From Candidatus Woesearchaeota archaeon (lineage in GTDB: Archaea > Nanobdellota > Nanobdellia > SCGC-AAA011-G17 > GW2011-AR18): a DNA stretch of 64,000 nucleotides. Shown in pieces: positions 59,700-64,000 of this stretch. Under the pieces are notes generated by a model, which was not told the DNA's origin, did no database searches, and saw only the letters and a program-made list of their open reading frames with translations. Where the stretch lies: positions 40,058 through 104,057 of the forward strand of contig JAGVZM010000003.1 in NCBI GenBank assembly GCA_018302545.1, written 5' to 3'. The translations under genes were made by a program, and so were the position numbers. Numbering within the stretch: position 1 is the stretch's first letter; each line of letters begins with the position of its first letter.

Positions 59700-60416
59700 A
59701 TGAAAGCAGAAAAACAATTTGTAGAAAAACTAAACAAAGCAATGATTGAAGATTTTGTTGCTGTAAACAAAAAAAGAAATCCAATAGCAAAAAACCTTGC
59801 TAAAGATATGAAAGCACTTCAATATGTAATAGGGCAATATTCAATATTTCCAAAAAACATTGTGAGTTTCTTAGAATTTGCTAAAAACAAAGCAAAAGAA
59901 ATGAATTGGAAAAATGTTGAAGAAGAAATAATTAGAAACATGGGTGAAGAATTAGGATCAAAATCTAATGGAATAACACATTATGACCTTTTAGTAAATG
60001 GTGTAAAAGAAGAATTAGGTTTAGATATAAGTAATATCCAAATATCAGAATCAACAAAAAATTTCATAGAATCAATGAAGTCTATCTTATCTAATAAAAA
60101 TCCTTATTATATTATGGGTGCAACTTATGCATTAGAAGATTCAGCAGTTCCTGAGTTAGCTTTAGTTGTAGAATGGGTAAGTCATTTATTCATAGAAATA
60201 ACTGGAAAACCAATTCAAGATAAGACCTTGAAATTTTTCTTTGACATGCACTTAGGTGTATGGGAACCAGGACATGAAGAAGGACTTAGAAATACAGTAT
60301 TTGAAAAAATATCTAGCGAAGAAGATAGAGATAACTTTGAAGCAGGATTCAGAGAAGTACTAAAAACAATGGACTTTTGGTGGAATGGTTTGTATAATGA
60401 AGCAAGTCAAAATTGA
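59700..60416 (+). CDS. Heme-oxygenase-like/TenA-like multihelical protein (iron-containing redox enzyme family?). Start placed at the internal ATG preceded by GGAGG.
   Basis: The all-helical impression is weak. SD GGAGG lies 6 nt upstream of ATG 59700. Confidence 0.35.
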   Translation: MKAEKQFVEKLNKAMIEDFVAVNKKRNPIAKNLAKDMKALQYVIGQYSIFPKNIVSFLEFAKNKAKEMNWKNVEEEIIRNMGEELGSKSNGITHYDLLVNGVKEELGLDISNIQISESTKNFIESMKSILSNKNPYYIMGATYALEDSAVPELALVVEWVSHLFIEITGKPIQDKTLKFFFDMHLGVWEPGHEEGLRNTVFEKISSEEDRDNFEAGFREVLKTMDFWWNGLYNEASQN

Positions 60417-60429
60417 AGGAGAATAAAAT

Positions 60430-60933
60430 ATGTTTAAAGATTTTGTAAAAGAATCATATAAAAAAGATTGGCCTACAATGGTGAATAATCTAACTTCAAA
60501 TGGATTATCTATATTTAGTGCCTCTGTAGCTTCAGGAATTTGTGATAACTTAGAATATTCAACAGAGACTACTACAGGAATTGCAACTTTAGTAGATTTT
60601 GCTGCATTTTGGGGCACATTTATTCCACAATTAATGTATAGAGATAAAGAATATTTGAAAGATGAAAAAGGAAATTATTCAAAAAATAAAATTAAAGCAA
60701 AAGCAAGAGAATACGGAAGTATGTTTACTCTGCTTGAAGGAACTTACTTAATAGCAAGACCACTAATACAATATTATTTAGATAAAAAAGGCCTAGATCC
60801 TGCTTTAGCTTCTGCTGTGTCTCAAGCAGGTATCATAACTATTTACACTGCATTATTGCCAATAATAAGAACTGGAATAAAAAAATTAAGTAATAAAAAT
60901 TTAGATGATTTGGTTAATGGAGAAGAAAAATGA
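60430..60933 (+). CDS. Hypothetical protein
   Basis: ORF only. Confidence 0.35.
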   Translation: MFKDFVKESYKKDWPTMVNNLTSNGLSIFSASVASGICDNLEYSTETTTGIATLVDFAAFWGTFIPQLMYRDKEYLKDEKGNYSKNKIKAKAREYGSMFTLLEGTYLIARPLIQYYLDKKGLDPALASAVSQAGIITIYTALLPIIRTGIKKLSNKNLDDLVNGEEK

Positions 60934-61343
60934 AAAATAAATTAGTGAGTACAATTTTATGTTTAGCTTTAAGTTTTAATGCATGTAATAAAGAATCACC
61001 TTGTAAAGAAAAAGTTGCTTATGAATTAAAAATAGAACCTATAAAATTAGAAGATAAAACTCTTGAGGAAGTTAGATGTTCATTTGACCCAATGGAACAA
61101 AGAGCAACGATTCGAAATAAATCAGAAAGTTATAGTTTATATGTTGGTTATGGAACCACAGATAATTTAGGTGTTAGATATTCGCAAGTAGAAACTTTGA
61201 ATTTATTAAGTGCTTGTAGAGATACAATTAATGATATAAAAATAAAAGGTATTCCTTTGGTAAGAAAAGATGAAAGAATGATTTATGATGTAATTGAATT
61301 TGAAATTGGAGGTAAAAGATATACTCGTTTTGTATCTGAATAA
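60930..61343 (+). CDS. Small lipoprotein
   Basis: LSFNAC lipobox-like. Confidence 0.4.
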   Translation: MKNKLVSTILCLALSFNACNKESPCKEKVAYELKIEPIKLEDKTLEEVRCSFDPMEQRATIRNKSESYSLYVGYGTTDNLGVRYSQVETLNLLSACRDTINDIKIKGIPLVRKDERMIYDVIEFEIGGKRYTRFVSE

Positions 61344-61350
61344 ATTAAAA

Positions 61351-61824
61351 ATGAAAGAATTTATAGATTCAACAATATTTATGGGTATGCATAATAAAGA
61401 TGAAACAATAAGAATTGCATGTAAAAACTTTTTTGTAAAAAGAATAAAAAAGAAAATTTACATGAGCTTAGAACAAGTTGGTAAGTGTGACGATATAATT
61501 TGGAAATTTGATAGAAGAACCCAAGACGCATATTATCCTTTCATGGACAACTTACATACAATAATGAATATTAAAAGAGTTTCTTATAATGAAAAAGATA
61601 TAAAACATTCAATGTCTATAAAAGAAGATAAGTTGAGTTTTTCAGAAAAATTAACTCTAGGAATGACAATTGCAAGAAAGGGCAGATTAATAACGTTAAA
61701 AAAGTCTTTATTAAATTTAAGAAATAAAAATATTATTTATCTTAAAATTGACGAAAAAGAATTATCATTTCCAGAAGAATTGGAAAAACTTTATCAAGAA
61801 TCTCTAAAAATAAGAATCAATTAA
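61351..61824 (+). CDS. Hypothetical protein (start moved to MKEFIDS to avoid a 50-nt overlap)
   Basis: ORF only. Confidence 0.35.
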   Translation: MKEFIDSTIFMGMHNKDETIRIACKNFFVKRIKKKIYMSLEQVGKCDDIIWKFDRRTQDAYYPFMDNLHTIMNIKRVSYNEKDIKHSMSIKEDKLSFSEKLTLGMTIARKGRLITLKKSLLNLRNKNIIYLKIDEKELSFPEELEKLYQESLKIRIN

Positions 61825-61854
61825 TTTTTATAATCTAATATTTCTAATAAAGTA

Positions 61855-62193
61855 ATGAAAATATCAAAAAAACAAAAAGCAAGAGAAGAAGCTTTAGAAA
61901 AAATTAATGATTTATTCAAACAAGCTAAATCTAATCCAGAAAAAGCAAATTTGTATGTAAAAAAAGCTAGGAAAATAGGCATGAAAGTTAATCTTCCTAT
62001 GCCAAAAGAATACAAAAGAAAATTCTGCAAACATTGTTATAATTATTTCCAAGATAAAAATTATAGAGTAAGGACAAGAAATAAAATGGTTGTTTATTAT
62101 TGTTTAAATTGTAAGAAATATATGAAATTTAAGATGATTATTAAAAATAATTTAAAGAAAAAAAGTTTATTAAAATTAAAACCAAAAAGTTGA
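61855..62193 (+). CDS. rnp4: RNase P protein subunit Rpp21/Rpr2
   Basis: Basic N-terminal helix plus zinc ribbon CKHC...CLNC. Confidence 0.7.
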   Translation: MKISKKQKAREEALEKINDLFKQAKSNPEKANLYVKKARKIGMKVNLPMPKEYKRKFCKHCYNYFQDKNYRVRTRNKMVVYYCLNCKKYMKFKMIIKNNLKKKSLLKLKPKS

Positions 62194-62258
62194 GGCAAAA
62201 AATCTGCAGATACAAGTGAAAAATCGATGAGATAATATACGGAAAAATTTAAAAGTAT

Positions 62259-62693
62259 TTGCCTTATATTTTGTTTATGGATTACGCAGCAGTATTAATG
62301 ATAAAAAATAGAAATGATGAAATTCTATTTGGAAAAAGATCTCCAATTAAAAAAGATTATCCAAATTGTTGGGCATTACCAAGTGAAACCTCACACGAAA
62401 GCGAATCTCCAGAAGACTGTGCGAAAAGAGGAGCAAAAGAAGAGCTAGGAGTTAAGATCAAAATCGAAAAAATTCTTAAGTCCCACACATATAAACGAGA
62501 CTCTGGAAGAGATATAACTATTCATATATATTTATGTTCTATTGAATTTGGAGAACCAAAAAATTTAGCACCTGAAGAAATAACAGAATTAAAATGGCAA
62601 AAATTAGATGAGTTTTACAAACAACATTCCGATCAAGAGATAGCTAAAGGATTACAAGAATTAAGAAAAAATTACAAAGAATTAAATATATAA
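62259..62693 (+). CDS. NUDIX hydrolase
   Basis: Nudix box GAKEELGVKIKIEKIL. Confidence 0.65.
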   Translation: MPYILFMDYAAVLMIKNRNDEILFGKRSPIKKDYPNCWALPSETSHESESPEDCAKRGAKEELGVKIKIEKILKSHTYKRDSGRDITIHIYLCSIEFGEPKNLAPEEITELKWQKLDEFYKQHSDQEIAKGLQELRKNYKELNI

Positions 62694-62696
62694 AAT

Positions 62697-63137
62697 TTAT
62701 CTTCGTTTAAAACCTTTGTCTATCAAATAATGAGAATCTCTAATCTCAAATCCCAAAGATTTAAACAACTCAAGTGAGGCTTTATTAGTCTTTTCAGCAT
62801 GACAAAATATTAAAGGAATTTCAATTTCTTCCAATTTTTGAATAATTTTTTCAATTAATTTTGAAGCAATACCTTGTCTTCTATAATCCTCAATAACTGC
62901 GACCTTTTGTATATAGCCTCTAAATGCACCGTCATGTGTTGCAAAAGCAGAACCGATAATTTTTCCATTATCTTCAGCCACAAAACAAAGCCCCTTATTT
63001 CTATTCAACATATTCAAAAATTTTCCCTTAGAAAAATATGAGTCTTTGAGTTTATTATCATTAAGTAAAAATGAAATATCTTCGAAATCATCTTCTTTTG
63101 TTTCTCTAATATTGATTTTCATATTTACAGTAAACAA
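62697..63137 (-). CDS. GNAT-family N-acetyltransferase
   Basis: QKVAVIEDYRRQGIASKLIE (acetyl-CoA motif A). Confidence 0.7.
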   Translation of the reverse strand: MFTVNMKINIRETKEDDFEDISFLLNDNKLKDSYFSKGKFLNMLNRNKGLCFVAEDNGKIIGSAFATHDGAFRGYIQKVAVIEDYRRQGIASKLIEKIIQKLEEIEIPLIFCHAEKTNKASLELFKSLGFEIRDSHYLIDKGFKRR

Positions 63138-63138
63138 A

Positions 63139-63408
63139 TTATTTTTTATTAGGAATTACAATCCAAGCCAAGAAATAAGCAATAACTGCCATAACATTTG
63201 TAAAAATTAAAAGTAATATTGCAATAACTCTAATAACCGTACTATCCATATCTAAATATTCAGCTATTCCACCGCAAACTCCGCCTATCTTTTTATCCTT
63301 TTCAGATAAAAACAGTCTTTTAATTTGTTTAACCATAATAAAATATAAAGACAAACAATTAAATATCTTTCTAAAACCACCTAAACAAACCTCTAATGGG
63401 TTTAGCAA
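63139..63408 (-). CDS. PspC-domain membrane protein
   Basis: GGVCGGIAEYLDMDSTVIRVIAILL. Confidence 0.6.
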   Translation of the reverse strand: MLNPLEVCLGGFRKIFNCLSLYFIMVKQIKRLFLSEKDKKIGGVCGGIAEYLDMDSTVIRVIAILLLIFTNVMAVIAYFLAWIVIPNKK

Positions 63409-63826
63409 TTATTTTCTGTTTAAGTTTAAATTCTTCATTAGCAATTTTTTGCCATTCTTCTTTAATCCATTTTTTCTCTAATTTTAAAGCCTCACTAAAA
63501 CCTCTTTTCTTTAAATCCTTATTAACAATTCCTCCTTTATGAGGGTGATTATATAATCTAGGTAAGGGGCTATTGAAACCATGGGAGTAGTGAACCAACT
63601 CATGGGCTATTGTCAAATCAATAATATAAGTTGGAATTTTTAAATCTCTAAAATAACCATTAATAACAATCTCTGAATCATTATTTTTTAATTTTTTAAT
63701 ATGTCCAAATTTGTTCTTCCACTTCCCCTTGAATCTAATTTTAACTATATTTTTTCTCTCAACATCATTAAATGCATTATTCCATAAATATTCTAATCTC
63801 TCTCTTAAAAAATAATCATCTCTCAT
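63371..63826 (-). CDS. SprT-like/DUF45 zinc metallo-hydrolase
   Basis: TIAHELVHYSH (HExxH). Confidence 0.55.
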   Translation of the reverse strand: MRDDYFLRERLEYLWNNAFNDVERKNIVKIRFKGKWKNKFGHIKKLKNNDSEIVINGYFRDLKIPTYIIDLTIAHELVHYSHGFNSPLPRLYNHPHKGGIVNKDLKKRGFSEALKLEKKWIKEEWQKIANEEFKLKQKIIAKPIRGLFRWF

Positions 63827-63856
63827 ACATTGAATAACAAATTAGCATTTATTAAA

Positions 63857-64000
63857 TTAACGCAATCTTAAAACTATTTTAGGATTTTCGTTTATTATTG
63901 AACAAAGATGTTGTGCTTCTTTTGTAGCTCCTTGATAAAGTGACTTAAGTGAAAATTTTCTTCTTCTAGAATCATAACAATGTTCTCTAACATTACTTAC
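63857..64000 (-). CDS. C-terminal fragment of a protein whose 5' part lies outside the window
   Basis: The minus-strand frame is open from the window edge to a TAA (reverse complement of TTA at 63857-63859). Confidence 0.3.
   Translation of the reverse strand, partial: VSNVREHCYDSRRRKFSLKSLYQGATKEAQHLCSIINENPKIVLRLR

Noticed and set aside
1-64000. The contig might be from a CPR bacterium, given sigma-70, NrdR, DnaK/J/GrpE and murein enzymes
   Set aside because: Archaea/eukaryote-only markers are present: ABCE1, Rpp21/Rpr2, aTrm56, archaemetzincin and TrmB regulators. tRNAs carry short BHB-type introns. 5S is stand-alone. Promoters are TATA-like. The bacterial-type genes are better explained as horizontal acquisitions.

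Overview
The window is a strongly AT-rich archaeal chromosome segment, probably from a DPANN-like or other small-genome, salvage-dependent archaeon. The archaeal identity rests on several features. These are ABCE1, the RNase P protein Rpp21/Rpr2, the archaeal-specific tRNA methyltransferase aTrm56, archaemetzincin, two TrmB-family regulators, a stand-alone 5S rRNA, and tRNAs with short BHB-type introns. The window also carries many bacterial-type genes, often in patches of visibly higher GC. These include a complete sigma-70 family factor, NrdR with two NrdR boxes, DnaK/DnaJ/GrpE, an SLT+M23 murein hydrolase, a Tat-secreted SPOR+beta-lactamase-like protein, an E. coli-type cytidine deaminase and a DUF2975 cassette. 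A large nucleotide-salvage and dNTP cluster covers dut, an intein-containing IMPDH, PolB, a tandem thymidine kinase, a dCTP-deaminase-like gene, nrdR, class II RNR, a nucleotidase-like gene, thioredoxin, cdd and adk. Mobile and selfish elements found are listed below.
- A TnpB-only IS200/IS605-family element with subterminal hairpins.
- A 16-bp inverted-repeat-bounded GC-rich mini-cassette.
- A LAGLIDADG intein at the IMPDH active site.
- A RelE-type toxin-antitoxin cassette inserted with duplication of the 3' end of a trmB-like gene.
RNA genes are tRNA-Thr(GGU) with a 13-nt intron, a 143-nt multi-intron tRNA with an encoded CCA, and a 5S rRNA with two extra hairpins. No CRISPR array was seen. 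All calls come from reading the sequence and remembered family motifs. No database searches were run.
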